Origin: Clostridia bacterium
Lineage (GTDB): Bacteria > Bacillota > Clostridia > HGM11514
Assembly (NCBI GenBank): GCA_045586685.1
Contig: JAZNAU010000032.1
Location: 1-64,000, forward strand
Direction of reading: 5' to 3'
Length of the DNA: 64,000 nt
The translations under genes were made by a program, and so were the position numbers. Numbering within the stretch: position 1 is the stretch's first letter; each line of letters starts with the position of its first letter. The notes below the pieces were generated by a model, which was not told the DNA's origin, searched no databases, and saw nothing but the letters and a program-made list of their open reading frames with translations. This document shows, in pieces, positions 9,977 through 20,451 of the stretch.

Positions 9977-10650
9977 TCTTCAGTTCCTCCTCTAATAAAT
10001 TTGTCCATTATTTGAATCTTTGCAACCTTGCCGGTCAGTACCGCCAATTTTTCCAAAGACCTGTTTTCATTCTCATAAGCCACAATCTTCTTGGCATTGT
10101 CCATATGCGTGTTCCGTATATCGCTTACATTGTCAAGGATTCTGTTATATTCCATCCGGAAATTGCTTGCCGTCTCTCCGTCCATGGCTTCAAGATTGTC
10201 GGTAATCTGTTGTTTCAGTCTGTCCCTTGTATCTTTTGTGATGCTGTAGGAAACTTCCAGGCTCCTGTCCGCTATTGTAGCCAAATCCCCCTTGTAAACG
10301 GTGTTCCAATATTCATCCTCTTTCTTTGAATAGGAAGATTCAAGGATATGGGTAACGGTAGCTTCGCTACGGAGTCCGGTCATTTGTCTCCATTTCTCAT
10401 TCACATAGTTGTCTCCACCAATGCCTATACCTCCGGGACCGTTGTCATGCACACCCAATCCCGGTATAGGAATTTTGATTCCCAGAACACGCTTGTAATC
10501 CCAGGAGTAGTAATACGACCTTGGAGTGAATTTCCATTGTTTGTACTCCATTGAAGCCCATTGGTTGTAATTGTCCTTGTCATGTTGGGCGTACATGTGC
10601 TGCAACCCCAACGTTGCAGTCATAAGGACGAGGATCATTTTCCGTCTCAT
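9973..10650 (-). CDS. exported tra-region protein
   Basis: signal peptide; translationally coupled within the tra operon. Confidence 0.6.
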   Translation of the reverse strand: MRRKMILVLMTATLGLQHMYAQHDKDNYNQWASMEYKQWKFTPRSYYYSWDYKRVLGIKIPIPGLGVHDNGPGGIGIGGDNYVNEKWRQMTGLRSEATVTHILESSYSKKEDEYWNTVYKGDLATIADRSLEVSYSITKDTRDRLKQQITDNLEAMDGETASNFRMEYNRILDNVSDIRNTHMDNAKKIVAYENENRSLEKLAVLTGKVAKIQIMDKFIRGGTEE

Positions 10651-12218
10651 TATTTCTTTCTTTTCCTTTTTCTGTTTTCCAGTTCCTTTTCCAGTTTTTC
10701 CAGTTCTTCAGAAATATTCCTGTACGAACCGGTATCATATCCCTTTTCAATCATATATACATCCAAATATCCTTCTTCCATGGCCTTTTCATATTCCTCC
10801 AAGTCCTTCTTCAGCTTTTCTCTTCGCTTTTCCTGTTCCTCGTCATCCTTGAACCATGAAGGATTGTCTTCTTCCCTATCGTTACCATTCTTTTCCTCCT
10901 TGTCTTCTGAAAGCTTTTCCTTTGCGTCCTTTAATTCATCAGTATTCTTTTCCGTAGCATCTGAAGCAGCTGCCTTTCCATTTGATGTTCCTGTAGCGGC
11001 AGTAGTTCCCGCTGTCGTTCCGGTAGAAGCTCCGGCGGAAGTTCCGCTTGCTCCTGCAGCCGAACTTGCTCCGGCTGCTGCACCTGCTCCCATGGTAGCA
11101 ACGGCTACCGCTGTCTTTGCGGCCAGCTTGACACTTTCCTTATAAACTTTCAATCCACCCCCGATAAAGCTGTTGACGCTTCTTGCAACCGATGATGGTA
11201 TTGCCCATGTCGCTACCGACGGTACCATATACAAGGCGGCTGAACCGGTGAACAAGGCTATCAGATACAGTGAAAGCGTACCCAACAAATCACTTTTATA
11301 CTTGATGAAGGAATACAGGACCGTTTCTTCCCTTCCTGCCTGTTCCAATGTGGATATGTCTGTGACCAGTCCGAACTCAATCAGTTTCATGGCAATGGTC
11401 ATGATGAGATATGCCATTGCCCCGTACAGCGACACCGATATCATCCTGCCTACCCAAGTGGCCCATTCGTCTTTCCATACAGGAAGTATGCAACAGGCTA
11501 TCGTGACAGGTCCGAAGAATACCAGTACCGCAAGGTATATATTCTTGATAAGGAAGATGAAATAGCAGCTCACCTCCCATGTTATTTCCCCTATCCACAT
11601 GATCAGCCATTCCCAAAACTGTGAATCATAGGAATTGGTGATGATGAGTCCGCTTGCCGCCAGTTCCATCCCGTCGGGATAATACATATCCCCGAATTTC
11701 TCGGAAAGCGTGTTTGACACGTCATCATCACCGTCATCAATGTCCGTGTCCGCCGTATTCTGTGCTTCCACGCTCTCTTCCGTCCTGTTCATGACTTCCG
11801 CCTTTGCCGCTTCCGTTCTCAGTCTGCCGATGATGTCAAGAGATGCCGCACTCCTCTTGTCCCTTAACCTGCCCAGTTCATTCGCCTGGTATTCGTACAT
11901 GTATTTCATGCTGTCCTCTATGGGTTCCGTCAGTGAATGGAGGCAGGTTGTTACCCAGTACCAGTTTGCCAGTACGAAAGCTACCAAAACGGGCCGTAGC
12001 AGGGCAAGGATATCAATGCCCTCTTCCTGTATCATGGCACGATAGGCTATCCTTGCGACAATGACCAATGAGAAAACCGCTCCAAGTGCCAGTCCGGCAT
12101 CCTGAAGTGTCCCCCACAATCCACCGTCCAGACTCCAGATGTAGTTTTCCATTTCCTCGTCGAATTGCTGCATCGACGAGAATATCAGTTTGCTGTCAAC
12201 CTGCAATGGTAGTGTCAT
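10650..12218 (-). CDS. second TraJ/VirB6-like protein with Ala/Gly/Thr-rich and charged tail
   Basis: LLRPVLVAF, FGPVTIACCILPVW, VPSVATWAIP; clear paralogue of 8927-9976. Confidence 0.8.
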   Translation of the reverse strand: MTLPLQVDSKLIFSSMQQFDEEMENYIWSLDGGLWGTLQDAGLALGAVFSLVIVARIAYRAMIQEEGIDILALLRPVLVAFVLANWYWVTTCLHSLTEPIEDSMKYMYEYQANELGRLRDKRSAASLDIIGRLRTEAAKAEVMNRTEESVEAQNTADTDIDDGDDDVSNTLSEKFGDMYYPDGMELAASGLIITNSYDSQFWEWLIMWIGEITWEVSCYFIFLIKNIYLAVLVFFGPVTIACCILPVWKDEWATWVGRMISVSLYGAMAYLIMTIAMKLIEFGLVTDISTLEQAGREETVLYSFIKYKSDLLGTLSLYLIALFTGSAALYMVPSVATWAIPSSVARSVNSFIGGGLKVYKESVKLAAKTAVAVATMGAGAAAGASSAAGASGTSAGASTGTTAGTTAATGTSNGKAAASDATEKNTDELKDAKEKLSEDKEEKNGNDREEDNPSWFKDDEEQEKRREKLKKDLEEYEKAMEEGYLDVYMIEKGYDTGSYRNISEELEKLEKELENRKRKRKK

Positions 12219-12889
12219 AGTCCGCCAATCTCCCTTTTTATACCGTTCAAAATCCGTGTATCATCCACAAGTTCCCAAAAGAACTTCCCTCTCTCGAAAA
12301 GGTTGGCTTTGCCGAGGTGCATCATCGCCTTTGCATAGAAATTGAAATTGCTGAGTTTCCGTCTCATGGCACTCAGTTCCTTCTGGATGAAGTTGGTGAA
12401 GTCTTTTCTCTGCTGCATGGTTGCCATGGTAATGTCCAGTCCGGCACTGACTGTAAAGACACTCAAGGCCACTATCTTGCCGGTCATTTCCCCGAATTCC
12501 TTATGCAGTTCCAGTGCCTTCTTTGAAATTTTCGGGTAATCCAGCCCTGCCTTCAGCGAAAGTTCCACCGCTTTCGTTTCCATTTCCACCACTTCTTTCG
12601 TGAGTGCGGTGATATGTACCATATCCGCTGCGAAAGTGACATATGAATACACGTCCCCCATTCTCTTGCTTGTCTTTTTCACCAGTTCGCTGAATGAATT
12701 GGATTTTGCACTTTCATTCAGTGACGTGGAAGCTTTCAATCCGTCGTACTCCTCTCTTGTCCTTAGCTTGTTTGACAGCGACTTATGTGTGGAGATTAGC
12801 ATCTCCAGCAAAGTGTAGTCCGTGGCGTGTATCTCCTGCACCGAAAAGAGCATGAGAACTGCCGTCAATATGTATAGCTTTCCTTTCAT
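12215..12889 (-). CDS. exported helical tra protein (TraI/VirB5-like position)
   Basis: probable start MKGKLY followed by a signal peptide; helical. Confidence 0.5.
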   Translation of the reverse strand: MKGKLYILTAVLMLFSVQEIHATDYTLLEMLISTHKSLSNKLRTREEYDGLKASTSLNESAKSNSFSELVKKTSKRMGDVYSYVTFAADMVHITALTKEVVEMETKAVELSLKAGLDYPKISKKALELHKEFGEMTGKIVALSVFTVSAGLDITMATMQQRKDFTNFIQKELSAMRRKLSNFNFYAKAMMHLGKANLFERGKFFWELVDDTRILNGIKREIGGL

Positions 12890-12909
12890 GATAATCCTTG
12901 GCTTTATCG

Positions 12910-13674
12910 TTATTTCCATGGTGGGTTGTCGATGCTGTACTTGAGCTGCTGCAGTTTGCTCTGCATCCCCATTGCCCAATAATAGTCATATCCCAGTGAA
13001 GAGTTCCTTATCAGATCCCTCCATGTATAGTTACAGTTCAGCTTGAACGCTATGATATCCACTGCCCTTCTAAGGCGGCGAAGTCCGTAGAAGGTATTGT
13101 TGCATATCCTTATCCTTTCATCGGCCAGTATAAGGTTCGTTCCGTCCTTCGTGTCGAATGCTTCCGGATTCACCACCTTACCCTGAAGCAAGTCCTCTAT
13201 GCTTGTCTTGAATGGGTTCGGTACCTTCCCGTTCATGGCGATGACCACCATCTGTTCGACCAGTCCTGTAGCTTCCGCAACCACCTCCGCCCCTTTCCGG
13301 TAGCAGAAGGCGGCATTCTCCGGATGATGCCTTGCATTGTCTATCATTCTGTTTATCGACCTCATGAGTCTGCCGATTTCAACACACACCGCCTTATAGG
13401 CCGCCCCTTCCCTCTTCAGGTTTCCCAGGCTTTCCCTTGCCAGCATGTCCGCTGACTTCATCACGTTCCGGACAGTCACTTTACTGAGGAGTTTCTGTCT
13501 GTTGTTTCTTGTGGAATCCACCTGTGCCGTATAAAGGATTTCATTCCCTTCCGCCACACCGGTATTGCTGATGACCTGTTCGGTTGTCTTCTTGTCGTAG
13601 ACGACCTTGTATTGTCCGTACATTGTTCCGCATCCGGCACAAAGAATGAATGCCATAATATAAAATAGTTTCAT
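12910..13674 (-). CDS. exported helical tra protein (TraI-like)
   Basis: signal peptide then QYKVVYD; directly after traG. Confidence 0.5.
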   Translation of the reverse strand: MKLFYIMAFILCAGCGTMYGQYKVVYDKKTTEQVISNTGVAEGNEILYTAQVDSTRNNRQKLLSKVTVRNVMKSADMLARESLGNLKREGAAYKAVCVEIGRLMRSINRMIDNARHHPENAAFCYRKGAEVVAEATGLVEQMVVIAMNGKVPNPFKTSIEDLLQGKVVNPEAFDTKDGTNLILADERIRICNNTFYGLRRLRRAVDIIAFKLNCNYTWRDLIRNSSLGYDYYWAMGMQSKLQQLKYSIDNPPWK

Positions 13675-13688
13675 ACTACCTCCTTCCC

Positions 13689-16586
13689 CTATTGTTTAAG
13701 CACCCTTTCGTCCCGTACAATCCGGTATGCGAACACGCCCTTTTCATGTTCACCGTAATATTCCCAGTCTTCATAATACTTTTTTGTCCCGGTCTTCTCG
13801 TCACCGTAATGGGAAGCATATATTTCGATGGCCCGGTTCATTATGCGGGCATATTTCTCCGCCTTGGACTTTTCCCCGCAACAGGCAATCCAATCTTCAC
13901 AGAAACGGCTGATGGCCGTCTCGTAATCCCTGTATTTCTTCAGGTATCGTTTCAACGCATCCTTTTCTATGCGTTCGGTGGTATATGCCATATACGACTG
14001 AGGAGATTCCTCCACACCGAACACGTCACCCTTGTTCCCGCGTCTGATATAGACTTCCTTGAAGAATCCTCTACCTGCCTTGTTGTCAAGCGTGTTTATA
14101 GTCCATATCTTCCGCTGTTCCACTTCCGACAGTCCGAGCATCCTTGCAATTTCTTCGTATCTTTCCTTGAACTTGGACTGGTCAAGCAAGATGGTAATGT
14201 CCGAGTTGTTGACGATGGCTTCCTTCACGGTCGGGTTTGAAATGATGTCGTTGACTTCCTGCGTGACCACTCCCACGATACCCCAGAATTTTCTCACTGT
14301 CTTGTACAGGTAGAGGATATATCCTGCCATCATTGGCGAGGATATCGCTTTCCAGGCTTCTTCGATGATGAGTGCCTTACGGTTGCTTTTCAGTCTCATC
14401 TTCTGGATGAACACGTCCATGATAATCAAGGTCACGATAGGGAAAAGGATGGGGTCATCCTTTATCGCATCGATTTCAAAAACAATAAAGGACTGGTCGA
14501 ACAGTGAGCCTTCCATATCCTTGTTCAGTGTCTTCTCGAACTTTCCACCCTTGTAGAACGCTCCCAGTAGATAGGAGAATTCCTTCATATTGAAGCTGAT
14601 GCCTTTCGTATCGCAAAGGATCGGGATGTACCGGATGGAGAAGTCATAGAATGAGTTGAAGGACAGTTCCGTTACCTTGATGCTTTTCAGCCTGTCTTCA
14701 AGGATCTGTATCTGCCTGTCAATTTTCTGGTCTATCTTCTTCAGCTTGGCTTCTTTCGGGTCATCCAGTTCCGCACGGGTAAAGCCGTTTTCCGAGAGGA
14801 TACGCTGTATCGCTGTAGTGGCGTTTATCTTTTCCCCTCCTTCCCCTTTTACTGCGAGCTGTTCCAGCTTCTTGACCTTATCGGCTATCTTCTTCCTTTC
14901 GGAGAGTTCCTCCTCCGACAATTCATAGCTTTCGTTGGAAAGCTGTAGGCTCATGAGTTCCTTCATCTCCTTGCGTTTCTCTTCGGTGTATCCTTGGAAC
15001 GGAGTGAAGTAGAAGTCATAGTAAACCTTGATGGTCTCATCAATGATGCTGTCCTCCAGTTTGCTTACCGCACCGTTTGAACCTTTCCATATCAGGAGTA
15101 TCAATGATTTCAGGAAGTTCTGCTTCTCGATGTTGTATTCCTCCCTGTTGATGTAGAAAGGATTCATCGTTATCGGGTTTTCTTCCGAGTAGGATATGTA
15201 TGTACCCTTGAAATATTGGCACAGTGCCTCGTAGGAATTACCGGTGTCAATCATGACTACATCCGTCTTCTGCTCATGCATCTGTCTTACGACTGAATTC
15301 ATATGGAATGACTTTCCGCTTCCGGAAGGTCCGAAACATACGAAGTTGGAGTTCTGTGTAAGCTTCAGTTCTCCTTCCTTCCCGGTGATGTCAATGAAGA
15401 TGGGTACGCCCTGCCGGTCCGTATAGCTGATTTTAAGAGGTGTGTTTTCGGAAACCTTCATTCTTTCCTTGGTGAGAAAGCACACTGCTGCATCGTGCAG
15501 GCAAAGGAACTTGCTGTACGATTCAAGTGAAAAGGCGTTTCCGGGGAAATTGTTGATGAACAGTTCCAGTTGGTTGTAGGCGTTCTTGTTGATTGTAATG
15601 CCCTGGTCATAGAACTGTTTCTCCAGATAATTGAATGCCTTTTCCATATGATGTTCATCGTTGTCTGTCACTATCATGACAGTAAAGTTCGTATAGACAA
15701 GCAGACGGTTCTCCACAGCGATGTCATGGATGACGTTCTCGATATCCTTTGCGGCCAGCAGGTTTGCAGGATCCGGAAAATTCTTCTTGCGGTTCATGTT
15801 GGCATTCAGTTTGCCGTTCTCTTTCCGTTGGTTGGGAATGATGATGTTCTGCGTATATACGACGCATTCCGCTTCCGGTACCGTCCCCATAAATGAGAAC
15901 AGGTCAACCGGCAGTCCCTTGTTCATGGAGAAAGGTTTTATCTGCGGTGGGAGCAGCACTTCGTCAATGTCCACCAAATCAATCATCTTGATAATCTTTT
16001 CTCCGCATTTCACATGGTTGTCCATGTGCTTGAAATTGTTCAGTGAGAATTTTCCTTTCTTGAAGGAAACACCCAGGTATCTTTTGAGGTATTCCGTAAT
16101 CTCCCTTGAGTCGAGGATATGGAAGGAAACCTTTTCCCCGATAAGTATATCCTGTATCTTCTGGAGTTTGTTCCAGAACTCGCCCCATTTCTTCTTGTCA
16201 AAGAGGTAGAAGGAGGAACGTTTCAGTTCCTGTGTGATGATGATGTAGCTTGTCAGTGCCGTATATTCCCTGCCTTCAAAATAGCTCATGTATGACCGGC
16301 TGAGGAACGGAGTGTTTTCAGGAAGTTCCGTGTGGAAACTCTGCTTGCAGAATATGTCCTGTTTCTGCAAGGCATAACCGTCGCCGAGTGTCTTCAGCAG
16401 ACTGGTGTAAATTTCGCAAGCCTTGTAGTACGCATCAATATCCGCACAATACTGTTCTACCGGGTTGTCAATCCTGATAATGACGGAGAAATTGCCTTTG
16501 CGGGTATAGGCTACCCCTACTCCCGGCATTTCGTCCTTTACTGCCTGGTACAGTCCGTCAAATTGTGTCTTCTTGTTCTTAGCCAT
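13689..16586 (-). CDS. traG: TraG VirB4-like ATPase
   Basis: GPSGSGKSF, IDTGNSY, IIEEAWKAI, KTVRKFWG. Confidence 0.95.
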   Translation of the reverse strand: MAKNKKTQFDGLYQAVKDEMPGVGVAYTRKGNFSVIIRIDNPVEQYCADIDAYYKACEIYTSLLKTLGDGYALQKQDIFCKQSFHTELPENTPFLSRSYMSYFEGREYTALTSYIIITQELKRSSFYLFDKKKWGEFWNKLQKIQDILIGEKVSFHILDSREITEYLKRYLGVSFKKGKFSLNNFKHMDNHVKCGEKIIKMIDLVDIDEVLLPPQIKPFSMNKGLPVDLFSFMGTVPEAECVVYTQNIIIPNQRKENGKLNANMNRKKNFPDPANLLAAKDIENVIHDIAVENRLLVYTNFTVMIVTDNDEHHMEKAFNYLEKQFYDQGITINKNAYNQLELFINNFPGNAFSLESYSKFLCLHDAAVCFLTKERMKVSENTPLKISYTDRQGVPIFIDITGKEGELKLTQNSNFVCFGPSGSGKSFHMNSVVRQMHEQKTDVVMIDTGNSYEALCQYFKGTYISYSEENPITMNPFYINREEYNIEKQNFLKSLILLIWKGSNGAVSKLEDSIIDETIKVYYDFYFTPFQGYTEEKRKEMKELMSLQLSNESYELSEEELSERKKIADKVKKLEQLAVKGEGGEKINATTAIQRILSENGFTRAELDDPKEAKLKKIDQKIDRQIQILEDRLKSIKVTELSFNSFYDFSIRYIPILCDTKGISFNMKEFSYLLGAFYKGGKFEKTLNKDMEGSLFDQSFIVFEIDAIKDDPILFPIVTLIIMDVFIQKMRLKSNRKALIIEEAWKAISSPMMAGYILYLYKTVRKFWGIVGVVTQEVNDIISNPTVKEAIVNNSDITILLDQSKFKERYEEIARMLGLSEVEQRKIWTINTLDNKAGRGFFKEVYIRRGNKGDVFGVEESPQSYMAYTTERIEKDALKRYLKKYRDYETAISRFCEDWIACCGEKSKAEKYARIMNRAIEIYASHYGDEKTGTKKYYEDWEYYGEHEKGVFAYRIVRDERVLKQ

Positions 16587-16726
16587 TATAATCTCCTTTT
16601 CTTTTTTGTATATTTCCGGTAACTGTCCACTGTATAGCTTATTTCCATGATAATTCTTGCCATACCCTCCTTTGTCCTATGGACGGAACTTGTCCGGATC
16701 TTGACTTCCACTTTATTTTTTTTCAT
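16586..16726 (-). CDS. small basic ORF (46 aa) coupled to traG
   Basis: MKKNKVEVKIRTSS...KKRRL; its TAA overlaps the traG ATG; lies directly after a family-1 promoter motif. Confidence 0.5.
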   Translation of the reverse strand: MKKNKVEVKIRTSSVHRTKEGMARIIMEISYTVDSYRKYTKKKRRL

Positions 16727-16746
16727 CTTCTTATATCATTATAGCC

Positions 16747-16832
16747 GCAAATTTCGTTTGTGTTGTTATCAAAAAATTCACTTTTGGGAAAAAGGTGTAA
16801 AAAAAGTCCCGTGATTCACATCACAGGACTTT
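16747..16832 (-). promoter_or_regulatory. family-1 motif plus upstream hairpin (copy A)
   Basis: minus strand AAGTGAATTTTTTGATAAC-N13-TTTGC, preceded by hairpin AAGTCCTGTGATGTGAATCACGGGACTTTTT. Confidence 0.75.
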
Positions 16833-16881
16833 TCGATTACTATTTTTCATACATGTTATGAAAAAGCATTTCTATTCTTCC

Positions 16882-16919
16882 GCAAAACAAATTCATCTCG
16901 TTATCAAAAAAGTAACTTT
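16882..16919 (-). promoter_or_regulatory. family-1 motif (copy A2)
   Basis: AAAGTTACTTTTTTGATAAC-N13-TTTGC, same spacing. Confidence 0.6.
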
Positions 16920-17109
16920 TAGAAAATAATTATAAAATTATAAATGGATATATTTATATAATTATATATCTATAAAAGTATATAAATAAGAAACCCCGTG
17001 TTTCACAACACAGGATTCCAATGTTTAACTAATGTCTTATATGTAAATTTCCACTCATTTATTCAACTCACCTTTTTTATTTATTTCTATTCATTTCATC
17101 TACTATTTT

Positions 17110-17679
17110 TTATATGTCACCTAAATCTTTTTGGATTTTGGTTTCTACATTCTGAGAATCAAGATAGCGAATTACTACTACACCTTCATAAATATCAGTA
17201 GTTTTGTCTATGGATAACATTATTATACCACCTGTAACTTCCCATACACTAATCCATTCAACAGTTCCTTGATGGACTTCCCGCATTAAAGCTGTATTGG
17301 AATCTGAAAGAGCTGGATTCTTTTCTTTTGAATTTGTTGGTTCTCCGTATTTTTTTGAATATAATTTTTTATAATAATCATAATTATCAACGAGTTTATT
17401 CCATTCTCCACTTGGATCAAACAAAACACTTACCCCATAAACATTCTTTTTATCTACTGTAGCTTCAACTGCTATTATAGCATTCTGTCCAGTAAAGTCA
17501 CCTAAAAACAATCTAATATTGTTTTTTTGGCCAATAGTCTTAAATCCTATTGTATTTAATTTCTGGCAAAATTCTGTAACACTACCTTTAATCGGAATAC
17601 CTTTAAAAGAAAGATGTTCTTCTGCCATTAAGTTAATGACAGAAATAACCAACAATAAAGTAAAAATTAGTTTTTTCAT
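17110..17679 (-). CDS. exported hypothetical protein, AT-rich
   Basis: signal peptide, HLSFKGIPIKG; visibly lower GC than neighbours. Confidence 0.7.
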   Translation of the reverse strand: MKKLIFTLLLVISVINLMAEEHLSFKGIPIKGSVTEFCQKLNTIGFKTIGQKNNIRLFLGDFTGQNAIIAVEATVDKKNVYGVSVLFDPSGEWNKLVDNYDYYKKLYSKKYGEPTNSKEKNPALSDSNTALMREVHQGTVEWISVWEVTGGIIMLSIDKTTDIYEGVVVIRYLDSQNVETKIQKDLGDI

Positions 17680-17688
17680 AATAGCATT

Positions 17689-18606
17689 TTACTGTATTAC
17701 CAACGGAATTTCCTCCAGTGTCCAATCCTTGATGGAAACGTTCTCAACACTGATTTCCTCTCCGTTGAAGATAATGTTTATATCACTTAGTTTTCCCTGT
17801 TCCCAGTAATTGGCTTCTTCAGGAAGAACCAATGAATACTGCCGTCCGCTGATGGAAAGAATGATGCTGACCGGTGTAGCTTCATTCTTTCCTCCCTTGG
17901 TCGTTATGAGCATCGGCATGACAACCATACTTGTATAGCTGTCATCGTCATATTCATTATCAAGAACGATACCGATATTGTCCTTTCCGTATTCACCGAA
18001 ACTGGTATTCGCAATTTTACCCGTAATGAGGTCAATCACCCCGGCTACAGGAAGATCCTTTTCCTTTCCCTTGATGGAAATGCTTTCGAGTACCCTTTCA
18101 TCCGGCATGTTCTGTTTGCGGATGTTGAATCTCAACAGACTGAGTGCCGGCTTCATGAACACATCGATGCGGTTATAGGAGGCGTTGAAGAAATATTTTG
18201 ACTTTCCATACAGATAGCTTACATCCGTATTTCCTTCTACCGGAACTTTCCTTATATCCGCTATTGAACTGTAGGGGAAGTAGGCATATGCCTCCATATT
18301 CTCCTTACCTGCCATCACACCAGTTGACATCTTCCATTCTCCTCTTGCATAATATGCCTTGATGTTGGAATTGAGCGTATCATTTTCTTCACTACAATTC
18401 TTGATGAACAATCCGATGCAGTCATTGTCGTTGAATCCATGGTTGAACACATTGTCAACGCTGACAAGAAGTTCCATTTCAGTTTCCACCCTTTCATTCT
18501 TGCCGAGTCCCGGAACCGGATCGACAGGATAGTCATTCTCACCGCCCTTGTTGCAGGATGTGAGGACAGCCAGTCCGAATATCCAATATAATATGTTCCT
18601 TTTCAT
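17689..18606 (-). CDS. fimbrillin-family lipoprotein (type V pilin)
   Basis: lipobox LTSC, IGLF, AYAYFPYS, SYLYG, C-terminal VSIKDW strand. Confidence 0.8.
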   Translation of the reverse strand: MKRNILYWIFGLAVLTSCNKGGENDYPVDPVPGLGKNERVETEMELLVSVDNVFNHGFNDNDCIGLFIKNCSEENDTLNSNIKAYYARGEWKMSTGVMAGKENMEAYAYFPYSSIADIRKVPVEGNTDVSYLYGKSKYFFNASYNRIDVFMKPALSLLRFNIRKQNMPDERVLESISIKGKEKDLPVAGVIDLITGKIANTSFGEYGKDNIGIVLDNEYDDDSYTSMVVMPMLITTKGGKNEATPVSIILSISGRQYSLVLPEEANYWEQGKLSDINIIFNGEEISVENVSIKDWTLEEIPLVIQ

Positions 18607-18617
18607 AAACCGTCCTT

Positions 18618-19514
18618 TTAATTGTCTATAGTTACATCTGAAGAATCATTGCTCCACTTGTCCAGTCTGATGGTACCGGCTACAGCATCCACGAAAATAT
18701 ATACGGTAACTTCTTCCGTATTCCAATAATGGAGCCGTGCCGAAATGTCAAGATTCAGTTTCCTTTCAACACCCTGTGAATCCGTGAATGTGAAGTACAG
18801 GATATTCGTACCTGTCACACCGAGGAAATTGGCATAACCGGCATAGACGGTCTGATAACCGCCTTCACAAGCCGTTGCCCTGCCCTGTTTCCGGATAGGG
18901 AAAGCGAGTACCGCTTCTTCTCCAGGAGTGATGGAAAAGTTATGGAGATTCATTTCAACCGCCAGTCCGGAGATGTCGATGATACATTTCTCCACCAGTT
19001 CCCCGCTGTCCCGGATATTGGCAATGAAGTTAATCTTCTTCAGTACCCGCTCCATGGGAATGTACTGTTCCTGTCTTTCGTCCCCGTCAATGCTGATGTT
19101 CTGTACCCTTGCAGTATAGATCATCTCCTGCGGATTGTCCTTTATTTCCCTTTCCCCCCTTTCATTGTAGGTTGTGGGGATTTCAATCTTAGCAGTCTCG
19201 AATCTCTGACCGATTCCTTTCAGATACTTCAGGTCATGAAGGACCAGTGCATCATATTTCCCTTCGGGAATGTCCATTTCCTCCTTCTCTTCGTCTATCT
19301 TGTAACAGTAGAAAGGTATGTTACCTTCCTGCGGAAACATATATAGCCAACAGTCCTGCAATCCAACCGGGATGCGTCCTGTTTCCGGTTCAGCCGCCGT
19401 CCATTGCGTGTTGATGATGCTGTTATTTGTCCAGCTGTCTTCCTCAAACGGTTCGCATGATGCGAACATGGAGGCTATTGCAACGACAGTCAAATACTTG
19501 AAACCTCTCATCAT
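18618..19514 (-). CDS. FimB/Mfa2-like pilus anchor lipoprotein
   Basis: lipobox FASC, IPEGKYDALV, within pilus cluster. Confidence 0.65.
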   Translation of the reverse strand: MMRGFKYLTVVAIASMFASCEPFEEDSWTNNSIINTQWTAAEPETGRIPVGLQDCWLYMFPQEGNIPFYCYKIDEEKEEMDIPEGKYDALVLHDLKYLKGIGQRFETAKIEIPTTYNERGEREIKDNPQEMIYTARVQNISIDGDERQEQYIPMERVLKKINFIANIRDSGELVEKCIIDISGLAVEMNLHNFSITPGEEAVLAFPIRKQGRATACEGGYQTVYAGYANFLGVTGTNILYFTFTDSQGVERKLNLDISARLHYWNTEEVTVYIFVDAVAGTIRLDKWSNDSSDVTIDN

Positions 19515-19518
19515 CCTA

Positions 19519-20439
19519 TTATTTTACAGGTGAAACGACCACATTACCCTTGTCTGTAATTTCCCATTCGTTTACCGAAACGGTAGATACGGACATTTCC
19601 GTAGCGTTCATGGTCAGTGTGAAGTTATATATATAGCCTTGCTTGAACTCTTCGCTCATAGTACCCGATGCGGTGTATTCCTTACCGTCAACGGTAAGCG
19701 TAAAGGCAACACCCTTCTCTTTCAGACCGTTCGGAACGACCATCAGTTCCGTGATGTTGCCCTCGCCTGTCATCGTATAATTTCCGCTCCATGATACGGA
19801 AGAACCGGCATTCTTCACACCCGCCAATGCTCCCGTTCCTACATTCATGGTTGCCTCGGTACCGAAGCCGTCCGAAGCTATGCTGATGGCGGTTACTTTC
19901 CCTGTACCGGTATATGTTCCCATAACGGTAGTCACACTTACGGCAGAAAGTGCATGTTTCATGCTGAAGTTCACGGTTGCTTCTGCATTGGAAAGACCTT
20001 CCACCCATCCGCTGTACATATAGTCTGTCTGAGTGTCAGTTTCAACCGGAATGGCTGAAATGTCTGTTACACCCGTTGAATACGGATAATATGCGGCTGC
20101 TTTACCTTCTGTGGATGAAAGGAGTATCTTTCCACCGTCCCATTCCTGTGATTCCTCTTCCCCTGTTGCGGTAAACTTCACATTCTTGTAATCGAAACCG
20201 TCATAACTGTTGCCGTCGGCATCGGTAACGGTAACTCCGATGGTTGAACCGTCGGGAAGATAGGTTCCTTTCTGGATGCTCCTTGAACCGTTGACCCATC
20301 CGATTGTCGTACCGATGGTAAGGTCCTTCACATGTGCATTGTTGACTTCCAGCATTTCAGTGTCCTCGTTTGTACAGGATACTGCCATCAATGAAGCTGC
20401 CATTGCGGCAACATACATCATAAAATTCTTCTTTTCCAT
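19519..20439 (-). CDS. fimbrillin-family lipoprotein
   Basis: lipobox AVSC, putative processing Arg (GSR), AYYPY, TDYMY, MKHALS, VSVNEW. Confidence 0.85.
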   Translation of the reverse strand: MEKKNFMMYVAAMAASLMAVSCTNEDTEMLEVNNAHVKDLTIGTTIGWVNGSRSIQKGTYLPDGSTIGVTVTDADGNSYDGFDYKNVKFTATGEEESQEWDGGKILLSSTEGKAAAYYPYSTGVTDISAIPVETDTQTDYMYSGWVEGLSNAEATVNFSMKHALSAVSVTTVMGTYTGTGKVTAISIASDGFGTEATMNVGTGALAGVKNAGSSVSWSGNYTMTGEGNITELMVVPNGLKEKGVAFTLTVDGKEYTASGTMSEEFKQGYIYNFTLTMNATEMSVSTVSVNEWEITDKGNVVVSPVK

Positions 20440-20451
20440 ATCGTAATATTA

